A stretch of 64,000 nucleotides of DNA from Octopus sinensis. Its lineage: Eukaryota. A program made the translations under genes and the position numbers. The notes under the pieces were generated by a model, which ran no database searches, was not told where the DNA came from, and saw nothing but the letters and a program-made list of their open reading frames with translations. Shown here piece after piece: positions 39,074-52,181 of the stretch (the first letter of the stretch is position 1; each line of letters opens with the position of its first letter). The stretch is taken from positions 86,304,001 to 86,368,000 of the forward strand of contig NC_043004.1 in assembly GCF_006345805.1 (NCBI RefSeq), read 5' to 3'.

Positions 39074-39483
39074 ATCATCATCATCATTTAGCGTCCGTTT
39101 TCCATGCTAGCATGGGTTGGACGGTTCAACTGGGGTCTGTGAAGCCGGAAGGCTGCATCAAGCCCAGTCAGATCTGGCAGTGTTTCTACGGCTGGATGCC
39201 CTTCCTAACGCCAACCACTCCGTGAGTGTAGTGGGTGCTTTCTATGTGCCACCCACACAGGTGCCAGACGGAGCTGGCAAACGGCCACAAACGGATGGTG
39301 CTTTTACGTGCCACCGGCACGGGGGGCCAGGCGAGGCTGGCAACGGACACGAACGGATGGTGCTTTTACGTGCCACCGGCACGGGGGCCAGGTGAGGCTG
39401 GCAACGGACATGAGCGGATGGTGCTTTTACGTGCCACCGGCACGGGGGCCAGGCAAGGCTGGCAACGGACACGAACGGATGGT
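39074..39483 (-). mobile_element. Retroposon family C, (GAT)n-tailed, with internal ~60-bp tandem array
   Basis: Shared ggatgcccttcctaacgccaacc core; copies at ~37530-37740, 41610-42046, 45130-45350, 56780-57095, 58935-59135, 63463-63840. Confidence 0.75.
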
Positions 39484-39821
39484 GAACAGGAAACAGACAC
39501 AGAAGGTTGCGAATATTCCTCACCAGTTACCAGTCAAAGGTTCTCAGCTTTTATATACATATATACAACAGGTTTCTTTTAGTTTCTGTTTACAAAATCC
39601 ACTCACATGGGTTTGGCTGGTCCGAGACTGTAGTGGAAGACACTTGCCCAAGGGGCCAATGCAGTGGAACTGAACCCGGAACCATGTGGTTGGGAAGCAA
39701 ACTTCTCATCATACTGCCATGCCCAACAATGACGATGATGGCAATGATGATGATGATGTTGATAAGGAGGAGGTGGGTGAACATGCATAATTTATAGTTT
39801 ATATGTAACGGATTTGCTTAC

Positions 39822-39975
39822 CTATATCCTTTGAGAATGAATCATGAGTTAATACTCTCTTGGTTGGTGAACTCATCCCTTTTTGATGAGGATTATCAGG
39901 GATAAATACTGTGACTAACAATGCTAAAATGACCAGAATTGCTCCAAAGGCAAATGGTGGACCTGGTACAACATT
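39822..39975 (-). CDS. MFSD14A: HIAT1/MFSD14 exon
   Basis: NVVPGPPFAFGAILVILALLVTVFIPDNPHQKGMSSPTKRVLTHDSFSKDI; conserved PGPPF; ends in phase 1. Confidence 0.93.
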
Positions 39976-42811
39976 CTGTCAAGCAAAACAAAAATAAAAA
40001 CAATTAGAAAACAGCAAACAAATATTCATAATTACAGAGATATACTTGCATAGTAAGCAACTTGATCTGAGATTGTATGCTGAAACAAAAACAATTGCAG
40101 TGTGGAAGATGTTTCTAAGCCATTTAAGAACACAAAAACCTTTAGATTTACTTCAACATTTAAATTTAATTTGTGTCAAAATATTTTTGGCGCTTTGAAA
40201 CCACAACCTGTGGAAGTGAATCTAACGGCTTTTAGTGTGTTCTTAAATGGCTTCTATACATGCTACAAATATTCACTGTTTGTTCCTTCTCAAGCCATGC
40301 CTGGCTCATAAGGGCCAGTTTCCCAGTTTCGTTGGCGTATAGGTTCCCCACCTGGACGGGACGCTGGTCTGTCACAGGTGAGCTGCAAAATGCTGGAGGA
40401 AAGAGTTAGCAGAAGTTCGCCATTACCTTCTGCCAGAGCCACATGGAGCTTAGGTGTTTTCGCTCATAAACACACATATTACCCGGTCTGAGATTCGAAC
40501 CTGCGATCTCTCGACTGCAAGTCCGCTGCTCTAACCACTAGGTCATGTGCCTCCACGCAAATATTCATAAGTTTAAATAAAAAGCAAGAAAACAACTGGT
40601 TACGCTTTATATCTCTATCTCACACACACATGCACAGAACTGAACAAATACTCAAAATCTTTGTTGCACATGCACACTGACATTGCACATGCAGCAGAGT
40701 GTGTTGGCTTCAATTTTTTCAAGCCTTTGCATATCCTCTGTATTCACATGTTTACTACCATGTAGCACAGCTGTTCATACACAAGCATCATACAATCTGC
40801 CTTTCACATAAAATTGTACAGAGTTCATCTTTTACTTGTTTCAGTCTTTGGACTGCAGCTACGCTGGGGCACAGCATATGTGTATATATATATACATGAC
40901 AGGCTTCTTTCAGTTTCTGTCTATCAAATCCAATCACAAGGCTTTGGTCGGCCGAGGCTATAGTAGAAGACACTTGCCCAAGGTGCTACACAGTGGGACT
41001 GAACCCGGAACCATGTGGTTCGTAAGCAAGCTACTTACCACAAAGCCACTTAAACATATTTCTTATTTCTTTATTGCCCACAAAGGGCTCAACGTAGAGG
41101 GGACAAACAAGGAAGAAAACAGGATTAAGTCGATTACATCGACCCAGTGCGTAAGTGGTACTTAATTTATCGACCCCAAAAGGATGAAAGGCAAAGTCAA
41201 CCTCGGCGGAATTTGAACTCAGAACGTAGTAGCAGACAAAATACCGCCAAGCATTTCGTCCGGCATGCTAACGTTTCTGCCAATTTGCCACCTTCCAATT
41301 AAACATATTTCTAATTAAATGCACACCTATGTGATTTAATTAATTTTGAAATAAATACTCCAAGAATCTCAATGGATTTAGTAAAATAACTAACTTGTTC
41401 CTTATTAAGTTAGCACTTGGAACATTACTCAACCTTTTTGATATCAATTTGCACAAAACTGCCCCTTGGTGCTATGATACAAGTTCCTTGTTTTAAACTG
41501 AATTATATTAAAACTTCAATCAAAACTTCCATGTTAATCTTTGTGCCAAACACCACCTTAAAGTTATTTTAATAAATCCTTCATTATTTTCAAAATTAAA
41601 CAAACACTGTGCATCGCAGGACGGCCTGCTGTGCTTACCTTGGATCGTAGAGCGACCTGCTGTGCTTGAGGAGACCTATTGAGTCAAGTACATCAACATC
41701 AAAAAATCAAGTGGAAATTGTAGTTGTGATACCTGTGCCGGTGGCACGTAAAAAGCACCATCCGAATGTGACCGATGCCAGTGCAACCATGACTGGCTTC
41801 CATGCCGGTGGCACGTAAAAAGCACCAACCGATCGTGGCCGTTGCCAGCCTCCTCTGGCACCTGTGCCAGTGGCATGTAAAAAGCACCCACTACACTCAC
41901 AGAGTGGTTGGCGTTAGGAAGAGCATCCAGCTGTAGAAATACTGCCAGATCAAACTGGAGCCTGGTGTAGCCTCCTGGCTTCCCAGACCCTGGTCGAACC
42001 ATCCAACCGATGCTAGCATGGAAAACGGATGTTAAACGATGATGATGGTAGGGTATTTCAACAGACATACAGTAACAAAAGGGTTACAGAGATGCTTTTA
42101 AGGAGGTCTTGTGTTGAAAGATTTTAATCTAAACATGAACAGGTTAGTAATAGGAAAAGCCCACATGTATAAACCATGCTGAAAAAAATAAAGGAGAGGC
42201 TGAAGGGCAGAATAGCAAAAACAGCTGGTTTTTGTTCCATTGCTGTGTTTACCAGATGACAAGGACTGCAGATGAGTGACAGGACATTGAGAGACCATTC
42301 CAGCTCAAGCTACTAAGGGAAAATGATATACAATAATGATGATGATGAACATCATTGTACTCATCATCTTCATCATTTCGACATGCCCTTTTTCATGCTT
42401 GCATGGATCAGACAGAATTTGCTAAGGTAGGTTTTTCCATGGCTGGATGCCTTTCCTGACACCAACATTCACCTGTTTCTAAGCAAGGTAATATTTCTCC
42501 ATGCCCGGAGATGTTTTCACAGAAGACTGGAAATGAAGGACTCTGACTTGCATGATAGTGACTCTTAAAGCAGGTCAAGAAAAGAACACACACACACACA
42601 CACACACAACAGACTTTGTTCAGTTTCCATCTCCCAAATCCATTCACAAGGCTTTGATCGGCCCAGGTGCCATGCAGTGGGGCTGAGCCAGAAACCATGT
42701 AGTTGGGAAGCAAACTTCTTACCACACAGTTTTGTTCCTTAGACTCAGAATTAATCTGAAAAGGGATTTGTATGAAAAGGATCAAGGCATGAAAGCACTG
42801 TATATACTTAC

Positions 42812-42990
42812 CAATAGGGTATTAGTTGTGGTGGAATGAGATGAAATGTTTAAAGGAACTGGTTTCTTTTTGTTGGATTCAGCCATGTCATTCAGGTCAA
42901 CATGGAATAAATAGAAAATGAAGCCGTACAGGGCCGGGCCAAGCCCATTACACAAACCACGAATGCCTGTAACCATGCCTTGAGCAACCC
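42812..42990 (-). CDS. MFSD14A: HIAT1/MFSD14 exon
   Basis: (G)VAQGMVTGIRGLCNGLGPALYGFIFYLFHVDL...TNTLL; hallmark GIRGLCNGLGPA. Confidence 0.95.
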
Positions 42991-44320
42991 CTAAAAGAGA
43001 GAAATAATAATAATAAACAAGAATGGTGAGTGAGTATGATGGTCACTTTTAATTAACATAATGGTTTCATACAGCAATGATGATGATGATGATAATGAGA
43101 CTGAAGGCATTTCAATGTGATCATTCTACCTGCTAGAAATAGCAACAAAAAATCCATCATATGACATAAAGGAAAGGATATTAGATAATATAGTCCTATT
43201 TTCATATATTTTTTATTGGTTTCAGTCACTGGAGTGAAACCATGCTGAAGTACCACTTTGAAAGGTTTTGTCAATCATATTGACTCAGTACTTACTTCAG
43301 CCTGGTATTTATTTTATCAATCTCTTGGATTGAGTCACCTTTCTGACATAACACTGACCTGGCATTTTCAAACTCTCAAACACACACGCGCACGCATGCA
43401 TGCACGCACACACACACACACACGGTGGTCTTCTGTATAGTTTCTGTCTACCAATTCCACGCATAAGATTTTTGTTAACCTAAAGCTACAGTCAAAGACA
43501 CTTTCTCAAAGTGCAGTGCAGTGTAGAACTAATCCTAGAATTACACAATTGCGAAGCAGACTACAGCCATCGCTGCACCAACATTTTTCAAAAAACTTTT
43601 ATATTTATATAGGTACGAGCATGGCTGTATGTTAAAAAGCTTGCTTCCCAACTACATGGTTCCAGGTTCAGTCTCACTGCATAACACCTTGTAAAAGTGT
43701 CTTCTATCATAGTCTTGGGCCAACCAAAGTCTTGTGAGTAGATTTGATAGATGGAAGCTGAAACAAGCCCATCGTATATGTGTGTGTGTGTTTGTCTGTC
43801 TGTCCCCTAACATTATTTGACAACAGGTGTTGGTGTGTTTACAGCCCCATAACTTAGCAGTTTAGCAAAAGAGACTGACACAATAAGTACTAGCTTAAAA
43901 AAACAATTCTGGGGACAATTTGTTTAACTTAAACCCTTCACAAGGTGGTGCCCCAGCATGGCTGCAGCCAAATGACTGACACAAGTAAAAGATAAAACGA
44001 CAACATGCATTTTATGAACAACAGAATTAATATACAGTTCTATATTTAAGAAATGAGGAATTATGTACATTATTTACATTATTTACATTTGAAGGATATT
44101 TGTTCTCATCTTGTTTGTTGTTAACACCAAACAAAATGAGGACAAATATCCATCAAATGTAAATAATGTAGAATTAATATATGATTCCAAACAGCTAATC
44201 AGTGATTCACTGAATTTCCAAAGGCAATAGAGCCAAGGACAAGCCTATGCAATTTGGTCATAACAAATAAAGACAAAGTGAAAATCATCATCTCTCCCTT
44301 TCATAATTTTCTTATGAACT

Positions 44321-44535
44321 GGAAGTGGTATCACAATTAGTGGGTGTAACATTAGTTGGCTGATATATGCAGATGACATGGTGCTACTTGGCTCATTAGA
44401 TAATTTCTCGCACGCACTGAATGGCTTTACTGCCGAGTGCTACAAGGCAGGGGTGATGATGGTTAGTGTTGCGGAAACTGTGACACTGATCGTCTCAAGT
44501 AAACTAAAACTAAGAAGGTAGAAAATTTTGTACCA
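44321..44535 (+). pseudogene. RTE-type reverse transcriptase fragment
   Basis: GSGITISGCNISWLIYADDMVLL...CYKAG...KVENF; YADD motif at 44366-44377. Confidence 0.8.
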
Positions 44536-44597
44536 AGATTTAATGCTAAATTAGGGGTGGAACTTATACACAATACAAAACAACATAAAATGTTTAC

Positions 44598-44695
44598 CTT
44601 GTTGGTCAGCATAGACATGAGCAGATACAAAAGAGCTGATGGCAGGGTAGGTGATACTGGACATGGCGGCAATAGCACCTGAACACCAAACAATC
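44598..44695 (-). CDS. MFSD14A: HIAT1/MFSD14 exon
   Basis: (W)IVWCSGAIAAMSSITYPAISSFVSAHVYADQQ(G); AG/GT; phases consistent on both sides. Confidence 0.93.
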
Positions 44696-45315
44696 CTGAA
44701 ACAAGATCAAAGAATAAAAATGAATGAACAGAGATGAGAAAATAACTTGCAACATCGTAGTGTATAAATGAAACAAGTTAATGTAAACAAAACAAAAATA
44801 TTAAATAGTGGCCATATAAAGGGTAAATACATACAAGAGACATACCATATTTGTTCATGTATAATACACACCGTTTTAATGAATTTTCTTGAACCTAAGT
44901 ATTCCTGGTCTACATTATACATAAGAACTAAATGCTATTCAATTTTTAATTTTTCTATAAAATAATATTTAATCTGATTAAACACTTTCTATACAACAAC
45001 ATAATAATAATAATAATCATCATCATCATCATCATCCTTGTCGTCATCGTTTTCCATGCTGGCATGGGTTAGATGGTCTGACTAGAGCTGGTAAACCAGA
45101 GAGCTGCACCAAGTTCCAGTCTGTTTTGGGCTGACTGGCTCTCGTGCCCGGGGCACGTAAAAGCACCCACTACACTCTCAGAGTGGTTGACATTAGGAAG
45201 GGCATCCAGCTGTAAAAACCGCCAGATCAGACTGGAGCCTTGTGCAGCCATCTGGCTCGCCAGTCCTCAGTCAAACCATCCAACCTATGCCAGCATAGAA
45301 AGCAGACGGTAAACA

Positions 45316-45354
<39 letters not shown>

Positions 45355-45819
45355 GTGGTGATGATTAAGGTGGCAATCTGGCAGAATCGTTAGCATGCCA
45401 GACAAAATGCTTAGCAACATTTCATCCATCTTTACATTCTGATTTCAAGTTCCAATGAGGTTGATTTTGCCTTTCATACTTTCAAGGTCAATAAAATAAA
45501 GTACCAGTTATATGATGGAGTCAATGTAATTGAATAGCCTTTCTCCCCTGCCAAATTTCAAACTTTGTGCCTATAATAGAATTATTATTATTATTATTAT
45601 TATTAAGGCAGTGAGCTGGCAGAATCGTTAGCACGCCAGACGAAATGCTTAGTGATATTTCACCCGTCACTACATTCTGAGTTCAAATTCCACTGAGGTC
45701 AGCTTTGCCTCTCATTCTTTCAGGGTCGATAAATTAAGTACCAGTTGTGTACTGGGATCGATTTAATCGACTGGCCCCCCTCCCCCAAAATTTCAAGCCT
45801 TGTGCCTATAATAGAAAGA

Positions 45820-45854
<35 letters not shown>

Positions 45855-45874
45855 TAAATGCATTATTTACTCAC

Positions 45875-45987
45875 CAAGTCTGAGATCCAAATCCATAACA
45901 GGCAAGTTGGACCATTTCAAAGACTAGACCAAACATAATAGAATGTTTATATCCAAGATATCTCATTAGCAGAGTGAGAACCAATGT
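45875..45987 (-). CDS. MFSD14A: HIAT1/MFSD14 exon
   Basis: TLVLTLLMRYLGYKHSIMFGLVFEMVQLACYGFGSQT(W); ctccag| and |gtgagt; phase 2. Confidence 0.93.
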
Positions 45988-47799
45988 CTGGAGAGGAAGA
46001 AAAAGAGAAAATATAAAATAAAAAAAGGAACATTTACAAACTGCAATACCTTTAATAAAACTGTGATTTTTCTTTTAACACTCTATTACAGGATGCAAAT
46101 GTATTAAATAATAGTAATGAACTTATAATATACAATGCTCAGGTACGCTAGAACTCGTCAGAAAAAGGAGCCAAAACTGCATGAACATCTTCATCATCAT
46201 TTAACATCCGTTGTCCATGCTGGCATGGGTTGGACAGTTTGACCAGGGCTGGTAAGCTAAAAGGCTGCACCAGACTCCAGTCTGATTTGACATGCTTTCT
46301 ATGGCTATAATGGCTATAATGGGTGCTTTTACGTGCCACCGGAACAGGTGCCATTTGTGTGACACCGGAACAGGTGCCATTTGTGTGACACCAGTGCTGC
46401 CGCGACTGTGATTTTACTCAGCTGGATGGGTCTTCATCTCAAGCACAGCACAATGCCAAAGTACATAGAACATATGCACATATTCTATGTGCATAGAATA
46501 TGCACAGGAAGTGAACAGGTAATAAATAGGTGCAGGCATGGCTGTGTGGCAAGAAGCTTGCTTCCTAACCATATGGTTCCAAGTTCAGTACCCTTGAGTG
46601 GAACGTTGGGCAAGTGTCTTCTGCTATAGCCTTAGGCTATGATAACAATAATACTCTTTTACTTGTTTCAGTCATTTGACTGTGGCCATGCTGGAGCACC
46701 GCCTTTAGTCGAGCAAATCGACCCCCCAGGACATATTCTTTGGAAGCCTAGTACTTATTCTATTGGTCTCTTTTGCTGAACTTCTAAGTCACGGGGACGT
46801 AAACACGCCAGTATCGGTTGTCAAGCGATGTAGGGGGGACAAACACAGACACACAAACATATACACACATATACATATATATTATGCAATGGGCTTCTTT
46901 CAGTTTCTGTCAACCAAATCCACTCACAAGGCTTTGGTCGGCCCAAGGCTATAGTAGAAGACACTTGCCCAAGCTGCTACACAGTGGAACTGAACCCGGA
47001 ACCATGTGGTTCGTAAGCAAGCTACTTACCACACAGCCATTCCTAAGCCAACTACTTTACAGAATGTACTGGGTGCTTTTCACACACACACACACACACA
47101 AACACATATATATGAGAGAAAGCGAGAGTATGTCTTAACTGGTGCAGGCATTGCTGCGTAGTAAGAAGTTTGCTTCCCAACCACATGGTTACAGGTTCAG
47201 CCCCTCTACATGACACCTTGGGCAAGTATTTTCTACTACAGCTTCAAGCCAACCAAAGCCTTGTAAGTGAATTTAGTAGATGGAAACTAAAAGTAGCCCA
47301 TCATGTGTGTGTGTTTGTGTGTTTGGCCCACACCGCCACTTGACAACCAGTGTTGGTGAGTTTACATACCCATAACCTAGCATGCACCAAAAGAGACTGA
47401 TAGAATAAGTACCCAGCATAAAAGGGGAAAATAAGTAGTTTAGGTGGTTGATTCAGTCGACGAAAGTTTCTTATTGTGGTGCCCCAGCATGGCCGCAGTC
47501 TAATAACTGAAACAAGTAAAAAAAAAAGATATGTCAACTAACATTGTCGTTATAGTGTCAACATACCTGTGTCCACTAACCACATTGGTTAACATATCCA
47601 TGTGGCCATATTATCAACATGGCCGTGTCAACAAACACAGAAGCCATGGTGTTAACATATTTGCGTCGACTAACATTGTAGTCAATGTTAACATGTATGG
47701 CACTGCTAACATATCTGCTTCAGCTAAGACTTGATACAGTAAATGTGTCAAATTCATTCAAATCATACCGAGAAGAAAGAAAATATTCAGCAGGATATA

Positions 47800-47962
47800 G
47801 GCGCAGGAGTGGCTGTGTGGTAAGTAGCTCGCTCACCAACCACATGGTTCCGGGTTCATTCCCACTGTGTGGCACCTTCGGCAAGTGTCTTCTACTATAG
47901 CCTCGGGCCGACCAAAGCCTTGTGAGAGGATTTGGTAGACAAAAACTGAAAGAAGCCCGTCG

Positions 47963-48014
<52 letters not shown>

Positions 48015-48205
48015 CTGTCTCCCCAATATAGCTTGACAACCAACACTGGTGTGTTTACGTCCCTGTAACTTAACGGTTCGGCAAAAGAGACCGATAGAAT
48101 AAGTACTAGGCTTCTAAAGAATAAGTCATGGGGTCGATTTGCTCGACTAAAGGCGGTGCTCCAGCATGGCCGCAGTCAAATGACTGAAAGAAGAAAAAGA
48201 GAAAC
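47800..48205 (+). mobile_element. tRNA-derived SINE family A with internal (TA)/(TG) tract
   Basis: ggcgcaggagtggctgtgtggtaag...ggttca...ttgggcaagtgtc...ccagcatggccgcagtcaaatgactgaaa; many copies on both strands (e.g. 43613-43995, 46655-47040(-), 47143-47520, 53640-54050, 57384-57752, 59370-59757(-)). Confidence 0.88.
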
Positions 48206-48397
48206 AAAGAGAAATGGGCATAGCATTGAATTTCCCTCTTGTCTCAGAAGGGATGTATGGTGAACTAAAATTTATATATAACTATGGAAGGTCAGCTGTG
48301 TAATAAAATTCTTATCAAATTAGACAGTCTGTCAGCAGTGGAAAACTTTCATTGCACCACAGCAGCAAAGTTTAAAATCCAACAAAAATCGACTTAC

Positions 48398-48469
48398 TTG
48401 TGCGACTACAGATAAAACACCAACAACAGCTATGAAAGAGGCGACTTCTTCAGCAGAAAATCCCATGAC
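48398..48469 (-). CDS. MFSD14A: HIAT1/MFSD14 exon
   Basis: VMGFSAEEVASFIAVVGVLSVVAQ; ttccag| and |gtaagt on - strand. Confidence 0.93.
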
Positions 48470-49209
48470 CTGGAAAGAAATGAAAGAGAGAACAATAAGA
48501 TAACTCATTGAGCAAGGAGGATGAAATCATTAAAGTACAGATTCTCTTGTTTATTATTACTATTATTATTATTACTACTACTACTAAGGTGGCAAGCTAG
48601 TGGAATTGTTAGCATGTTTAGTAGCATTCCATCGAACTTTAGGTTCTGAGTTGAAATATCACTGAGGTCACCTTTCCTCCTGTTGAGGTCAATGAAATAA
48701 GTACCAGCTGAGCACTGGGGTCAATGTAATCGACTAAACCCTTCCCTCTAAATTTCATTCCTTGTGCCCATAGTAGAAAAGATTATTATTATTATTATTT
48801 ACTTTTAATCTGCATGTTTGTTAGTCACATGCTGAGACACACCCATTGTCCTGAGGCAAGTGAAGGATAAGAGATATTACAGTATGACAAAGTTTAGGAA
48901 GAGGAAGTGGTAGGGGCAGTAGCAAAATATCTTCATGTAATACAACACAGACATTTAAATGGATAGGCTTTTTCTAAGGATGTGGGCAGTACTTGTCAGT
49001 ACAATCTTTTGGATTTCTCTGAGACATGGTTCTCCAGGGATCTTATCTACATATTTCTGACATCCTTTTTATCATACCTAGGGCACCTACAATAACAGGA
49101 ACAGTTCTCATTTTAAGATGCCACATCTTTTGAATTTCAATTTCCAAGTTCTTATATTTACTTAGTTTGTCAAATTCCTTGACAAATATATTTTTATCAG
49201 TGGGAAAAC

Positions 49210-49241
<32 letters not shown>

Positions 49242-49796
49242 GAGTGAGATAGCAGTGCATGCCATCAAAGTGACACTAGGGTAAAATATACGAAGCCCAG
49301 TATACTCATCATGAGTACCCGTCTGATAAGGGTACACTGGGCACATGCATCACGACCATATGTGCGCAACATGGTGATCTCATATCAAGATAAACAGCAC
49401 ATGACCTTGCAGGTGGGGCCCAGTTAGAATTTTCTTCAGGTCGAGTAACCCATCCTGCTCAAAAGGTCCCTGAATAAGGGTTGTTTAAGGATGTTGAACG
49501 AACCACCCATGTTTCCAAAGGTGAATTATCCAAACTCCAAAGAGTTCCTTTCAACACATGGCTATGATGCTCCCCCACTACTTCTGCTTGTGATCAGAGA
49601 TGCACATATCGTCAGCCACTAAGGGACATGCTCAACTGGTTACGGTCAAACAACTGACAAGCAAATCTGTGGTATTGAGCAGAATATTTGCTGTAGCCCA
49701 TCTTTTATACCAAGACAAAACAATGTACATGATAACACTTCCAGTCAGTTAAGATCAGAAGCCATGAGAGCCACTGTCCAGTACTGCATCAGGGCA
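49242..49796 (-). mobile_element. Non-coding retroposon inserted in (TAA)n array
   Basis: Both ends abut (ATT)n; an internally deleted copy with the same two termini lies at 61415-61656(+). Confidence 0.65.
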
Positions 49797-49847
49797 AATT
49801 ATTATTATTATTATCATTATTATTTGTTTTCGGTAATTTGTCTAGAG

Positions 49848-50353
49848 CAGTGATTTCCTAACATGAGGTATACGCCCCACCGGTGGGGCTTGGAAAATTT
49901 GTAGAGGGGCATGGGATCCAAATTTTTTTTTTTTTCTTAAGTGGGACATGGAACTGTGAAAAATTTTTTTTCACAGCAAACACACTACACCTATACTCAG
50001 CCTAACCAAACCAATCCCTCCAGCCAAGCATACCATATGAAGATTGTTTGCTACAGTGTAGCACTGTTTTAATGCTACAGCTGAAGCTAACGAAACTGTC
50101 TCCTCAAATCAAGGAAATCTGCCACAGTTGCCAGGCATAAAGTTCTCATTAAAGAGATTCACTTTTTTTTTCTTAGTCAATAACGTACTTTCTTTTGGTA
50201 CTCAGTACTTAAGAGTTACTGGTAGGTTCTTTTGTATCAAATAACTGTGATAGGGTATTAAAAATAAAATCCTTTTTCCAAACCACCAGTGGGGCATGCA
50301 TTTTTCTGGAAAGCTATTGTGGGGCCTGGGGGAAAATAGGTCGGGAAACACTG
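49848..50353. mobile_element. hAT (Charlie-type) MITE
   Basis: Perfect 8-bp TSD GTCTAGAG (49840-47, 50354-61); TIRs cagtgatttcc / gggaaacactg. Confidence 0.9.
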
Positions 50354-52067
50354 GTCTAGAGCAATGTGTGACACTACATCCTAGAGTATTATTTTGTTGA
50401 TATTCAGCAAAGTGAATGTGGATGGGATTGAAACCCCAGAACGCAAAGGGAGGTAATCAAATACTAGACTTTTCTTGTTTAATGCTCCATAAATTCTGCA
50501 TTTATTTAGCTCAGTGAAAAGGAAACATTCAGAGTAAAATCTGGATAAAGATACACTGAAGGAACTTGGTAATGGAGGTTCCATGTAACCATGAAGTGAA
50601 GCAATGACTTCAAGCATCAAATAGAGTATTTGTTTGTCATCATTTAGTATACATTTTCCAAGCTCATATGGATTGGATAGTTTGACAGGAACTGGCAAAC
50701 CGCAGTGCTGTGACAAGTCCCAATATCAGCTTTGACATGATTTCTACAGCTGGATGTCCTTCTTAACACCAACCACTCTACAGTGAGTATTAGGTGCTTT
50801 TCTTGAACCACCAGCACCAGTGAAGTTGCCAAGCATTTTGTGAGACAGGAAAAGAGCACAAGAACAAAAAGGAAAAAAAAAAAGGAAAAACCCACCCACC
50901 ATCTCAACAAAGTGGAGGGAAGTATTTGAGAGAGAGGTGGCTTTATGCCACAATTTGAGAGCCTAAAACATGTGGAGGAGCAATGGCCCAGTAGTTAGGG
51001 CAGCGGACCCGCGGTCAGAGGATCGTGGTTTCGATTCCCAGACCGGGCGTTGTGTGTGTTTATTGAGCGAAAACACCTAAAGCTCTACGAGGTTCCAGCA
51101 GGGGTTGGTGGCGACCTCTGTTGTACTCTTTCGACCCAACTTTCTCTCACTTTTTCTTCCTGTTTCTTGAGTAATGCTGTGATGGACTGGCGTCCCGTCC
51201 AGCTGGAGCGAACATATATGCCATAGAAACCGGGAAACTGGGCCCATGAGCCTGGCTAGGCTTGAAAAGGGTGCATAAATAAAAATAAAATAAATAAAAA
51301 ACATGATAGAGGATCATGGGTGGCTGGGTGTAGCTGTGAAGACGATACAATGGTAGTGATGGGGGGTAGGCAGGGCAAACCCTCAAGGTACAAGAATGTG
51401 AGCATAAAAGAGGATAGGAGTTATTATTAGTCAATGTTTGCTTTTTATGCTGACATGGGCTGAACAGCGTTGAAATATAATTAGCTAATAGTTAAAATTC
51501 TAATAGAAATAATAAAAGTCGGACTATGGTGATAGCCAAAGTCCTTTTTAAGTAATCTATAAATGTTCAATAAAAATTAGATCTTCTGTTAATATTTACA
51601 TTGATCAATAAATCAAAATATCTCTGTTATCAATGCGAAAAGATCAGAGTGGTGTGCAGGAAGAGGTAACTGGGGTTGTGACTAGAATAAGTGGTGGAAA
51701 CTAAAAAGTTTTAAGAACTAATGCTTTTAATCAGAACAAATACAGTCTAATGCCAACAAGGGAAGCTTTAATGGAGCCAACTGACATGCCAGAAATAGCA
51801 GCTAAATGTTCTTGATCCACACTCTTAAGAGCAACAAAATTCAACACATACATACATGTCACACATATATATAAATACATATACACACACACACACACAC
51901 ACACAATGTGTATTTATTTCAGTAAATTTTAAATCAATCTAGCATGCCAACCCAATTTAATAGGCAGAAGTCATGCACCATAAAAACATTGAAATGATTA
52001 TAATTTTAACAGTAGTGACTGCCAGACTTACATCACAGACAGATTTGAACAAAATCTTAAATCTTAC

Positions 52068-52181
52068 CAATCTTAAATACACAAAGAAACAGGAGTACTC
52101 TCCAGCTTCAGGCAGGTATGATAAAAAGACTGCTACACAGAGCATTAATATAAGCCGGTCTTTGCCAAGTTTTTTCAATGA
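52068..52181 (-). CDS. MFSD14A: HIAT1/MFSD14 exon
   Basis: SLKKLGKDRLILMLCVAVFLSYLPEAGEYSCFFVYLRL (conserved FLSYLPEAG); AG/GT, phase 0. Confidence 0.95.

Noticed and set aside
39270-39483. CRISPR-like repeat array
   Set aside because: Units are contiguous tandem copies without unique spacers, in eukaryotic retroposon context, with no cas genes
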